Assembly (NCBI GenBank): GCA_963846575.1 | Contig: CAWJWJ010000001.1 | Location: 640,001 to 704,000 of the forward strand | Reading direction: 5' to 3' | DNA length: 64,000 nucleotides | Origin: an uncultured Nitrospiraceae bacterium | GTDB lineage: Bacteria; Nitrospirota; Nitrospiria; Nitrospirales; Nitrospiraceae | Part shown: piece by piece, positions 51,055 to 59,908 of the stretch | How positions within the stretch are numbered: position 1 is the first letter of the stretch | Layout: each line of letters opens with the position of its first letter | Notes under the pieces: generated by a model | What the model was told of the DNA's origin: nothing | Databases searched by the model: none | Seen by the model: only the letters and a program-made list of their open reading frames with translations | Made by a program: the position numbers and the translations under genes

Positions 51055-52533
51055 TCACGATGAGCAGCTGACGCTGAGATGTTTGCCCCAGTTCGGAGGC
51101 GCAGCGGCATAAGATTCCATCCCGGGCTGTTCGGTGTAGGGGTCCTGAAGCAGCTGCAAGAGCCGGTCGATCTCGGAATAGTCTTTCTGCTGAGCTTTCT
51201 CGATAGCGCCTTGGGCGAGATAATTCCGGAGGATGTACTTCGGATTCACGCGGTCCATTCTGTCGCGGCGTTCGTCGTCCCGACTCTGCTCGAGCTGCAG
51301 CCGTTCGCGATACTGGCCTGCCCAGGCATCGAACCGCTCCGGATTCAAGAAATGCTCCCGAAGCCGTTCGTTCTTCGCGTCCTTGGTGCTTGAGAACGTG
51401 CCTAGCTCGCGCCAGAAGATCGTATAGTCCGCACGACTCCCCACCAGCAATGATTTGAGTTCCTGCAAGAGGTCTTCATCTCCCGCACGCTGTTCGACCA
51501 GTCCGAGCTTCGCTTGCATCCGCTCTCGATAGTGCCGATCGACGCTTTTCTGGTAGCCATCCATGGCCTCCTTCAGCGCGTCTTTGTGCGCGAGCGGCAA
51601 GAGGGCCTGCGCCAGACAACTCAGGTTCCACAGTCCGATATACGGTTGTTGATTGAACGCATAGCGCCCGTTGTAGTCCGAATGATTGCAAATGAAACCG
51701 GGATCGTAGTCGTCCATAAACCCGTAGGGGCCATAGTCCAGCGTGAGTCCCAGGATCGACATGTTGTCGGTGTTCAGGACGCCATGAGCCCATCCGACGG
51801 ACTGCCATTGTGCGACCAACTGCGCGGTGCGCTCGACCACTTCGGCGAAGAAGCGCACGTACTTGTCCGGCGCCTCCCGCAGCTGAGAAAAATGCTGGTC
51901 GATCACGTAATCGGCCAGGACGGTCAGATGTTCATGCTGCTTGCGGTAATAGAAGATTTCAAAGGTCCCGAACCTGACATGCGAAGGAGCCATCCGGACG
52001 ATCGTGGCCGCAGTTTCCACCTGTTCGCGGTACACTTTGTCGTCACTTCCCACGAGACACAACGCCCGCGTGGTAGGGATGCCAAGCCCCTGCATCGCTT
52101 CGCAGCAGAGGTATTCACGGATCGCCGACCGGAGCACGGAACGGCCGTCACCATCCCGTGAAAATGCGGTCATCCCCGCCCCCTTCAGATGCAAATCCCA
52201 GCGTTCGCCGCGGCCGTTGTTCACCTCGCCGAGAAGGATCGCCCGGCCGTCGCCCAGCTGGGGCACATAGACCCCGAACTGATGGCCGGAGTAGAGCATG
52301 GCCAGCGGCTCCATGCCGGGCACGAGGAGGCTTCCTCCGAACACCCCCGCAAACTCCGGGCGCGCTGCTTCAGCGGGATCAAGGTCAAGCAGGGCTGCCG
52401 CAGCCGGATTCGAACTGATGAGAAAGGGCGACGCAGAAAAGGGCGTGGGATTTACCCGGGAATAAAAGGCTTCCGGCAGACGCGCATAGCTATTATCAAA
52501 GGTCAGTGATTCAAGGGAACGGAGTGGCATCAT
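51055..52533 (-). CDS. selO: Protein adenylyltransferase SelO (YdiU)
   Basis: YSGHQFG..QLGDGR, KGAG.T..SR.GDGR, HGVLNTDN, DYGP and C-terminal SCSS. Confidence 0.96.
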   Translation of the reverse strand: MMPLRSLESLTFDNSYARLPEAFYSRVNPTPFSASPFLISSNPAAAALLDLDPAEAARPEFAGVFGGSLLVPGMEPLAMLYSGHQFGVYVPQLGDGRAILLGEVNNGRGERWDLHLKGAGMTAFSRDGDGRSVLRSAIREYLCCEAMQGLGIPTTRALCLVGSDDKVYREQVETAATIVRMAPSHVRFGTFEIFYYRKQHEHLTVLADYVIDQHFSQLREAPDKYVRFFAEVVERTAQLVAQWQSVGWAHGVLNTDNMSILGLTLDYGPYGFMDDYDPGFICNHSDYNGRYAFNQQPYIGLWNLSCLAQALLPLAHKDALKEAMDGYQKSVDRHYRERMQAKLGLVEQRAGDEDLLQELKSLLVGSRADYTIFWRELGTFSSTKDAKNERLREHFLNPERFDAWAGQYRERLQLEQSRDDERRDRMDRVNPKYILRNYLAQGAIEKAQQKDYSEIDRLLQLLQDPYTEQPGMESYAAAPPNWGKHLSVSCSS

Positions 52534-52806
52534 GTATGCTCGATTTCCAGGTGGCTACCGAAAGTTGGCTTCAAGGTCCGATTCCAGCGTAAAGGCGAAC
52601 AACTGCTCCCCCAGCCGGGTATCCCCTTCGTGAGAAGTTGTATCAGATCGTGGCGATGGGAAGACCGATTATAGCGACCCCTTCTCCGATCCTCCAACCC
52701 CTTTCTCCGCGCTCCGTCCACAGCTCACCGGCGCCGCGATAGCGGTCCCGCCCGGACGCGCGCTTGTCGTGAAGTAAGACATGCCCCTCTCGAGCCCCTG
52801 CTCACG

Positions 52807-53106
52807 CTCAGTGTGGTCTCCCGCATGGGGATTATGAACGGTCCCTGGAGTGACCTTCGAATTGGCCTCGCCTGGCAGACAGTCAAAACTGGTGATCGGC
52901 CCTATCACGAGCCCCATGCGCCTTCTCTCAGTAGTGGAGGTCTCCCGCGCACGCATCGAGAGGCTCATCGCACGGCACGCCATCCTGCAGCATTTTTATC
53001 ACAATGAATGGGACATCTCACCGTGCTGGACCCCGAGGACCACACGTGGTATCGCTATATGCCGTTGGGAGTCTGGCGTCGCGTTACCAATCCCGATGGC
53101 TCATAA
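52807..53106 (+). pseudogene. dabA: C-terminal remnant of DUF2309/DabA (inorganic carbon transporter subunit)
   Basis: Three frames join to give VVSRMGIMNGPWSDLRIGLAWQTVKTGDRPYHEP/MRLLSVVEVSRARIERLIARHAILQHFYHNEW/HLTVLDPEDHTWYRY. Shifts are at 52912-52915 (+1 C) and about 53012 (-1). Confidence 0.82.
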
Positions 53107-53160
53107 TCACCGCACCGCCGGCAGGGCGTCCAGGGCGAAGATTTGTAAAGGAGTTGAGAC

Positions 53161-53502
53161 ATGGCCGGACTGACGTTACACCTCATGAAAGAAATCCGTG
53201 TCATTGTGTCGGGAGAGAACCGGCCCTTCGTGACCGATTTGTTGGACAAGGTCGAGGCGACCGGTTACACCATTATCGGAAACATTTCCGGAAAGGGCCA
53301 TCACGGGATGCGTGAAGCCCACTTCATGTTCAGCGAACAGGAAAGCCTGGTCATGATTATGGCGGTGGTGCCGGAAGAAAAAGTTGAGCCCATTTTAGCC
53401 GGGCTGCGACCGTTGTTCGACCGGTATTCCGGCGTGATGTTCGTCTCAGACGTCACCGTGAGCCGGCGCGAATATTTCGGGAAGAAGTCCGCGAAGCCCT
53501 GA
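53161..53502 (+). CDS. PII-like (GlnB/SbtB-superfamily) regulator
   Basis: AAGGAG SD; MKEIRVIV, TGYTI..ISGKG.HG and YSGVMFVSDV.V.R motifs. Confidence 0.88.
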   Translation: MAGLTLHLMKEIRVIVSGENRPFVTDLLDKVEATGYTIIGNISGKGHHGMREAHFMFSEQESLVMIMAVVPEEKVEPILAGLRPLFDRYSGVMFVSDVTVSRREYFGKKSAKP

Positions 53503-53618
53503 CGCTCCGTCCTGGCGTATCCGCCTGAGGAATCTGCAGGGTGATGGGCCAACCTTGTCTTCTCACTGATGATTGTCTACAATGCGATCGCGCTGACCTG
53601 CAAGAGGAAGGACAGGAC

Positions 53619-53888
53619 GTGAAAGGATTACGGTTCGAACGACTCGGGCGGGACCGCCATTACAATGTCATTTTCCACATCGGCAGCAGCTACGTGCCGG
53701 TGAGCGATGAGACTCTCGAGGAACTGAAAGCTCAAACCTTGCTGTCCTCCGAGCGTTTTCTCGAACTCCTCGTCGAGAAGATCGGATACTCCAGCTACCT
53801 GAAAACCCAAATCCGCTCCGAACTCCAAATCGCCGGCGATCCGATGACGCAGATCACGGTTCTCCAGGGCGCCATTCGCGAATTATAG
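53619..53888 (+). CDS. Conserved hypothetical protein
   Basis: GTG start after purine-rich SD; 89 aa globular-looking ORF. Confidence 0.7.
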   Translation: MKGLRFERLGRDRHYNVIFHIGSSYVPVSDETLEELKAQTLLSSERFLELLVEKIGYSSYLKTQIRSELQIAGDPMTQITVLQGAIREL

Positions 53889-53923
53889 CTCGCCATTTTC
53901 TGAGTCTCCGGTTGGACTCACCC

Positions 53924-53944
53924 GTCTCACCGATGCGGTGAGAC
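53924..53944. repeat. Perfect 9-bp inverted repeat
   Basis: GTCTCACCG-ATG-CGGTGAGAC; a second inverted repeat TGAGTC-N8-GACTCA lies at 53901-53920. Confidence 0.7.
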
Positions 53945-54144
53945 ATAGCGGCCCATTCCATCGAAAGTCTCCCCGCCGCAGCGCCGACCCGGCCGCAGTC
54001 CTCATCGTCTCAAACAGCCGGATTTCTTTCGCCCCCCATCACCAGCAACGAGTAGCAACCGGCCGCATCCTGCGCGCCCCTGTCGACGACGGGGCGACCG
54101 GTTTTTTACAGACGACGCCGTGACGTGGTGGTGCTCGCACACGT

Positions 54145-54157
54145 TATCAAGCACTTA
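54145..54157 (+). promoter_or_regulatory. IHF-like binding site
   Basis: TATCAAGCACTTA matches WATCAANNNNTTR. Confidence 0.5.
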
Positions 54158-54370
54158 CACCACCTGCCGACAGCCCCTCCCCGCCGTCGAGATTGGCAGG
54201 ACCGCCGCCGAGCTACAGGAACCCCGACTCACACCCGGCTGGTCATGCGCGAATCCGGCGCTATACTTCTTCAAGGTCTGCTGCCGGGAATCTCTCCTCC
54301 CTCGTTTGGATTCGTGAAGAGAGAGAGGCCACTCGCGCACCCGCTCCGGAACCTGACATCGGAGGTTGCT

Positions 54371-54700
54371 ATGGTGAATCGGACAGTCCTCACGTCTCTG
54401 TCTTCGGCTCTGCCTGAAATTCTGTTTGTCGCCGCGCTGGCGGCGGCATTCCTGACCATCGCACAATACCTCGATACGACGGAGCAACTGGCTATCCGTC
54501 AGACCGATAGCGTGTACCTGACCAGACTGGATCAGCAGGAGCAACAACAATATCGGGACTACCGGAACCACCGTGTGTATCCGGACCCTGCTGAGCGATG
54601 GGTGTTGGAGGAGCGAGAATTGCAGGAGCTGAGGCAGTGGATCAAAGCGCATGATCTCGTCATTGAGGCGGCGTTAGCTCACGATGCGGCAGGCGACTAG
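54371..54700 (+). CDS. Hypothetical membrane-anchored protein
   Basis: GGAGGT SD before ATG 54371; one TM segment. Confidence 0.65.
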   Translation: MVNRTVLTSLSSALPEILFVAALAAAFLTIAQYLDTTEQLAIRQTDSVYLTRLDQQEQQQYRDYRNHRVYPDPAERWVLEERELQELRQWIKAHDLVIEAALAHDAAGD

Positions 54701-54768
54701 CCAGGATCGTTCAGTGCGCCGAGTGATGCGCCCTCGCGATGCAGGCGCACGGGCTGATCCGGCCGCTC

Positions 54769-55806
54769 TCAGTCACCCGTCTGGCCGCTTGCAAACAGCG
54801 CGTTCATGATGTCGTTTTTCTTGGTGGGATCTTTTTCGAGCCGGATGGCTTTGGAGAAGTTCTCTGCGGCGGTTTCCCGTTTTCCCCGCGCGGCATAGAT
54901 TCGACCGATACCATATAAGGCCTGCGCATCTTCCGGGTTGGATTTCACGGCGCGATTGAAGGCGTCCATCGCTTCTGTCGGCCTACCCTTTTCCATCAGC
55001 AGCCAGCCGAGAGCCGTATAGGCCGGCCCGAAGTCCTGGTTGGCCTGGATCGATTCCCGGTATTCCTTCATGGCCAGATCAGTCCGGCCTTTGGTCTCGT
55101 AGACGCCTCCGAGGGCGAGGTGGATTTCCGCATCCTGCGGGTTCAGCCGCAATGCCTCTTTATACGATTGCACGGCCGGTTCGAACTTGCCCTGCTCCGC
55201 GAGCGCACACCCCAGGTTGGCATGGGCCAGCGCGTCGGTTGGATTGAGCTTGATCACCTCACGGTATTGCGGTATGGCCATTTCCAGCCGGCCTTGCTCC
55301 TGATACGCCACGCCGAGATTCGTGCGGGCGGCTGAGAAACCCGGCTCCAGCTTGACCGCCTCGCGATATTCTTTGATGGCCATTTCAAGATGGTCTGCGC
55401 GCTCGTAGATTTGCGCCAGAAAATAATGTGGATAGGCCGACTGCGGCGCGAGCTTCGCTGCCTCCTTGTAGGAGATCATGGATTGCTCGGATTGACCGGA
55501 TTGCGCAAGAAATAACCCCTGCACCAAATGCGTCTGCGCGTTGCCGGGATGCCGGTCCGCAATCGATTGCAACCAGACCCGCACCAGTTCGATATCGTCG
55601 GCCTCCTGTAACGCCTGCGCATGGACTTTCCACGCATCGGCGAAATCGCCCCGGATCAGGTGCGAGACATTGAGGGCAAAATAAGGCCGAGGGTCCTTCT
55701 CGCCGGCGGTCTCCACTGCGCGGACCCACCTGCCGGACGCTTCTCCAAGCCTGTCCCAGTCGCCAGCCAGCAGAGCCGTTTCGATTTCTTGTTGGAAAGG
55801 CTTCAT
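54769..55806 (-). CDS. Tetratricopeptide-repeat protein
   Basis: About seven tandem 34-aa TPR repeats. Confidence 0.92.
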   Translation of the reverse strand: MKPFQQEIETALLAGDWDRLGEASGRWVRAVETAGEKDPRPYFALNVSHLIRGDFADAWKVHAQALQEADDIELVRVWLQSIADRHPGNAQTHLVQGLFLAQSGQSEQSMISYKEAAKLAPQSAYPHYFLAQIYERADHLEMAIKEYREAVKLEPGFSAARTNLGVAYQEQGRLEMAIPQYREVIKLNPTDALAHANLGCALAEQGKFEPAVQSYKEALRLNPQDAEIHLALGGVYETKGRTDLAMKEYRESIQANQDFGPAYTALGWLLMEKGRPTEAMDAFNRAVKSNPEDAQALYGIGRIYAARGKRETAAENFSKAIRLEKDPTKKNDIMNALFASGQTGD

Positions 55807-55825
55807 GAGAGAGGGGGGTGGGCAG

Positions 55826-57307
55826 TCACCGCGTCAAGACATCCTGCACATCCGGCGGAGTCGCTTGCATCCGCGCTCCGAGGACGGGGTATCGTTCGGT
55901 CAGTTTTTGTTTCATGAGCCAGGCGATGGTGCGATAGGACCAGTGACCCTTCACGCCCGACCGGAGCTTCGCGATGTATTCGGCTTCCGCGTAGTCCATT
56001 TTGAAGAGACAGCGCACGGAAAATCCGAAGGGAATCGCATACAGGGCGGCTTCCTGGCTCGACTTACGTAATTGTTCGAGATCGGACTTTACGTGGCCCA
56101 TGGCCTCCCGGTATTCGTGGTCGAGGCCGGCCTCCGCCAGGATGGGAGGCGTTTCGAAGCCATGCACGGTCGTGAAGTTCTGCTGCACCTGCTGGCAGCG
56201 GCGATGTCGATGCAGGTCTCGCCACCCGCCGATATCCATCAGCACGTCAAAAGTAAATGCGTATCCGCTGCGAAATTCCTTGATCAACTCATCGTATGGC
56301 CCGCGTTTCTGAAAGGCGACCTCGAGGGTCTCCTGCTTCTGCTTGTCGGTCCAATCGCGCACGACATCCAGAATTTTCCGATAGGGGGCTTGCGACACCC
56401 GGTAGAGGAGGGTACTCACCACTTCGTCCAGCGGATCGTGGGGCTCCATCAAATCGACCGGCTCCGGTGCCCCCCAGACGGCAGGCTGGTCCAGCCCGGT
56501 GCCTTTCAACACTTCTTTGGCGTGCCGTGCCAGGTCGCTGTACACCTCGGCCTGATAGGCACTGGGTTTCGCATAGCGGGCCAAGGTGGGCGCCATGGGC
56601 TCTCCCGGCCCGGCGGCTTGCCCGGAGAGTTCACCCCACAGATTCACCGGGGCTTTCCGACAGGCCTCTTGCAGGTCCTCACCCACCATGCGGAGTTCCG
56701 GCAGCTGCGAGGACAGCAGGCGGGTGATCTGTTTTTCAAGCGTGCGGATGCTCACCACCTGGCCCACGTTCGTCTGCGCCGCCAGCGGCAGCAGGTATCG
56801 GGTCACATCGAAGGCCCGGGCAGTGATCGCCCGTTGGTAGGCCGCGGGCGTCATGTTCTCGGGTCGCGGTTCCCGTTCAGTGAGATACCGGCTCAAGGGT
56901 TCGTGCAAGGCACGATAGACGGTAGCGAGGCCGCGAAGGATGCCCAGGTAGGCCGCTTCTGTCTCCTGCCCGCGAATGGCATCCGGAATATACCAATTGC
57001 TGGACGCGAAGTTCTGATATCGGCTGGATTTGGCCTGCCCATCCCACAGGGATTCATCTTCCAAACGAATAGCGGCGAGTTCGGAGATCTGTTCAAAACA
57101 GATGACGACGTGGCCGAGATCCGCAATCGAGCCGTGGCCGTAGTCGAAATAAAACTGTTCCCAGAATTTTTCTGAGGAATGGGTATGGACCCATTTGATG
57201 CTGTCTTCGATGGAATCCGGGGACCGGCTATACCGCGCCAGCGCATAGGCCGATTTTTCCGGCGGCATCGGAGCGAGCGCAATCACACGGCGTCCTTGAA
57301 TGGTCAT
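55826..57307 (-). CDS. thyX: Tandem-domain flavin-dependent thymidylate synthase (ThyX-like)
   Basis: YGH.SIA, KSSRY, D..RYLLP, RDLHRHR and LRS...GH.SYR; about twice the length of single-domain ThyX. Confidence 0.8.
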   Translation of the reverse strand: MTIQGRRVIALAPMPPEKSAYALARYSRSPDSIEDSIKWVHTHSSEKFWEQFYFDYGHGSIADLGHVVICFEQISELAAIRLEDESLWDGQAKSSRYQNFASSNWYIPDAIRGQETEAAYLGILRGLATVYRALHEPLSRYLTEREPRPENMTPAAYQRAITARAFDVTRYLLPLAAQTNVGQVVSIRTLEKQITRLLSSQLPELRMVGEDLQEACRKAPVNLWGELSGQAAGPGEPMAPTLARYAKPSAYQAEVYSDLARHAKEVLKGTGLDQPAVWGAPEPVDLMEPHDPLDEVVSTLLYRVSQAPYRKILDVVRDWTDKQKQETLEVAFQKRGPYDELIKEFRSGYAFTFDVLMDIGGWRDLHRHRRCQQVQQNFTTVHGFETPPILAEAGLDHEYREAMGHVKSDLEQLRKSSQEAALYAIPFGFSVRCLFKMDYAEAEYIAKLRSGVKGHWSYRTIAWLMKQKLTERYPVLGARMQATPPDVQDVLTR

Positions 57308-57487
57308 AGTGCTAGCACAGAGGACACAACGGCTTGGGGTCCGGGGTTGGGGATCCGCGATCAGATCTTCCGCGTTATCAGCTCGGCACTATACCCCCCC
57401 TGTGGCGCGAGTCGCAACTCTCCCGCTGCCTGCGCTCCGATCACATGAGCTCAGCAGGAGTCCATGCCTTTCCGCCTCCGCTGCGCG

Positions 57488-57517
57488 TTGACTTGCCCGC
57501 GGAGCCGCCGCTATATT
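57488..57517 (+). promoter_or_regulatory. Putative sigma70 promoter of hisS
   Basis: TTGACT-N18-TATATT. Confidence 0.5.
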
Positions 57518-57554
57518 CCCGCACCAATGTTACCGTGAGACCCGGGTGAGCGCC

Positions 57555-58814
57555 ATGATCAAGGCTATTAAAGGTGTGAAGGATCTCCTGCCGGAAGAGA
57601 CGCCTCGCTGGCAGCTGATTGAGGAGCGCGCCAGACGCTGGGCCCTCTCCTACGGCTTTCAGGAGATCCGCCTCCCGATTTTCGAAACCACGACGCTGTT
57701 TGCGCGCAGCATCGGCGCGACCACCGACATCGTCGAAAAGGAAATGTACACGTTTGCCGATCGGGACGGCACCTCTCTGACCCTGAGACCGGAAGGCACC
57801 GCCGGGACGGTACGCGCCTTCATCGAGCACAATCGGGCAGCCGACCCCCGGCCGCAGAAATACTGTTACCTCGGCCCCATGTTCCGCCACGAGCGTCCGC
57901 AGGCCGGACGGCTTCGACAGTTTCATCAGTTTGGCGTCGAGTCGTTCGGCATCTCCGATCCGCGGGCTGATGTCGAAGTGATATCGCTCCTCTGGCGGCT
58001 GCTATCCGATCTTGCCTTGCCCGGGCTGACCCTTGAAATCAACAATTTGGGTTTTACAGACGACCGGGCACGATACAAACCCCTGTTGGTGGGTTTTCTA
58101 AAAGGCGTGGAAGGCCGGCTCTGCGCCAATTGTCAGCGGCGCATCGAGGCCAATCCCTTGCGCGTATTGGATTGCAAGGTTCCGGAGTGCCGCCAGGCCA
58201 CTGATCACGCCCCTCGCCTGACGGATTCCCTTTCGCCGGCGGCCCTAGGTCATTTCGAACGTGTGACGGCGGCCTTGGATGCGATTGGAATTCCTTTTCA
58301 ATTGAATCACCGGTTGGTGCGCGGTCTTGATTACTACTGTCTTACGGCGTTTGAAGTCACCTGCTCCCATCTCGGCGCCCAAAACGCCGTTGGTGCCGGG
58401 GGGCGTTATGACGGTCTGGTGGAACAACTGGGGGGAGCTTCTATTCCTGCCGTGGGATTTGCCATCGGCCTCGAACGTATCGCCCTCATGTTGCCGCAAG
58501 ACGTCGCGTTACCGTCAGTTCCACGGGTGTATGTCGCGGCCTTCGGAACGAAGGCGGTCGACGTGGGATTCCTTCTCCTGGATGAGCTTCGCCGAGCCGG
58601 CGTTCCGGCAGACACGGATTTTCGGGCCGGCTCCCTCAAAGCCCATCTTCGACAAGCTGATCGTCTCGGGGTGTTGTACACGGTCATGTTGGGAGATGAC
58701 GAGATTGCGAAAGGCTCGGTCACCATCCGGAATATGGAGACGAAAACGCAGGAAGATTTATCCCTCTCAGAGCTTCCTTCCGCCCTGCTCGCACGGCTTC
58801 CTCAGAGGCCCTAA
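57555..58814 (+). CDS. hisS: Histidine--tRNA ligase
   Basis: KEMY.F, LRPEGTA, FRHERPQAGR.RQF.Q, LVRGLDYY and GGRYDGL motifs. Confidence 0.98.
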   Translation: MIKAIKGVKDLLPEETPRWQLIEERARRWALSYGFQEIRLPIFETTTLFARSIGATTDIVEKEMYTFADRDGTSLTLRPEGTAGTVRAFIEHNRAADPRPQKYCYLGPMFRHERPQAGRLRQFHQFGVESFGISDPRADVEVISLLWRLLSDLALPGLTLEINNLGFTDDRARYKPLLVGFLKGVEGRLCANCQRRIEANPLRVLDCKVPECRQATDHAPRLTDSLSPAALGHFERVTAALDAIGIPFQLNHRLVRGLDYYCLTAFEVTCSHLGAQNAVGAGGRYDGLVEQLGGASIPAVGFAIGLERIALMLPQDVALPSVPRVYVAAFGTKAVDVGFLLLDELRRAGVPADTDFRAGSLKAHLRQADRLGVLYTVMLGDDEIAKGSVTIRNMETKTQEDLSLSELPSALLARLPQRP

Positions 58815-58830
58815 CCGGTCCTTTTTATGG

Positions 58831-58859
58831 TTGACTTTCCGTCCCGAAATCCGTAGGCT
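58831..58859 (+). promoter_or_regulatory. Putative sigma70 promoter of the dsrEFH-like operon
   Basis: TTGACT-N17-TAGGCT. Confidence 0.5.
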
Positions 58860-58880
58860 CCGCATTCTGTTTAATAGATA

Positions 58881-58967
58881 TAAGTTATTGATTCTTAAGC
58901 GCTAGTAAAGTTTGTCCACAGGCATATTCCCATGATTTCCAAGAAGTTCGGAATCCTGTTATCCACA
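58881..58967. promoter_or_regulatory. IHF-like site plus two DnaA boxes
   Basis: AATCAATAACTTA on the minus strand (58881-58893), TTGTCCACA (58912-58920) and perfect TTATCCACA (58959-58967). Confidence 0.6.
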
Positions 58968-59252
58968 CCCCCCTCTCACCCGAGTGTCGAGACGGTTTTT
59001 GAACTGTCCTCTGAAGCTCTCTCACAAGGTGTTGATCTCTATCTCTATTTCATCGACGAGGGGGTGAAGAATCTTCGTGATCCGCGTTACGGGGAACTAG
59101 TGGGACGTGGCATGAAGCTGTTCGTCTGTGCTTACGGGTGCCAGCAACATGGAGTGTCGACTGACAATATCGACCAGCGCATCTCCCTCTGCGGCCTGGT
59201 GATCTTGTCGAATATTGTGAACGGCTGCGACAGGTTTCTCGCATTTACCTGA
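58932..59252 (+). CDS. DsrE/TusD-like sulfur relay protein
   Basis: ILL..PP, YFIDEGV, VCAYGC..HG (sulfur-carrying Cys position) and DRFLAF. Confidence 0.85.
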   Translation: MISKKFGILLSTPPSHPSVETVFELSSEALSQGVDLYLYFIDEGVKNLRDPRYGELVGRGMKLFVCAYGCQQHGVSTDNIDQRISLCGLVILSNIVNGCDRFLAFT

Positions 59253-59276
59253 GAAGGTTCGCTCAAAGGAAGTTCT

Positions 59277-59627
59277 GTGGCAACACCAGTTTCGATCGCA
59301 CTCGTCATACGTGAGGATCCCCGTCTGACGCATCGTCCCGTCGAGGCGTTACGGATCGCTCTGGGATTGGCGGCAGGAGACAATCCGATTACCGTCATCC
59401 TTTTGGGCCAAGCGGTTCAGTTATTGGCCGAGGAGACGGATGATCTCGTCGACGTCGAGATTCTCGAAAAGTATCTGCCATCGTTTCAGCATCTCGCGAT
59501 CCCCTTCCTTCTCCTGCCGCCGGAGGGGTCCAGCCCTGACATTCAGGACGGATTTGCCGTGACTATCGGATCGAACGATGCGGTACATCGCACCCTTGCC
59601 GAGGCTGAGCGGGTTCTCGTCTTTTAA
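59277..59627 (+). CDS. DsrF/TusC-like protein
   Basis: VIREDP...EALRIALGL, LLG.AV..L and C-terminal VLVF. Confidence 0.78.
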   Translation: MATPVSIALVIREDPRLTHRPVEALRIALGLAAGDNPITVILLGQAVQLLAEETDDLVDVEILEKYLPSFQHLAIPFLLLPPEGSSPDIQDGFAVTIGSNDAVHRTLAEAERVLVF

Positions 59628-59641
59628 CTTTGTGGAATCTC

Positions 59642-59908
59642 ATGTCTGCTCGTAACACACTGTATCTCCTTCGACGACCGATTACGGATGCGTCAACGTC
59701 GCTTCTGCCGTCGTCACCTCTGCCGTCCGGAACATGTTCCCTGGTGCTGCTTGAGGAAGCCGTCTCTTCCATGCCGTCGTTTCCCGGACAGATTTATGTG
59801 CTCCGCTCCCCATCCGCTGGTCCTGAGCAAAACGGGAAGGGCCACAACATTTCCCATAAGGACTTGGTCGCTTTGATTGCAGAGCATGATGTCACGATTG
59901 TGCTGTGA
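59642..59908 (+). CDS. DsrH/TusB-like protein
   Basis: TLYLL..P, LVLLEEAV, IYVL and IS..DLV.LI.EH motifs; third gene of the triplet. Confidence 0.72.
   Translation: MSARNTLYLLRRPITDASTSLLPSSPLPSGTCSLVLLEEAVSSMPSFPGQIYVLRSPSAGPEQNGKGHNISHKDLVALIAEHDVTIVL

Noticed and set aside
51055..51070. Selenocysteine readthrough at the selO TGA
   Set aside because: The protein ends SCSS like Cys-type bacterial YdiU; the Cys already fills the Sec-equivalent position.
56072..57175. 367 aa plus-strand ORF, and similar long antisense ORFs at 15528-16448 and 23313-24332
   Set aside because: Shadows of the thyX-like gene, leuC and the hybrid kinase, expected from GC-rich codon usage.
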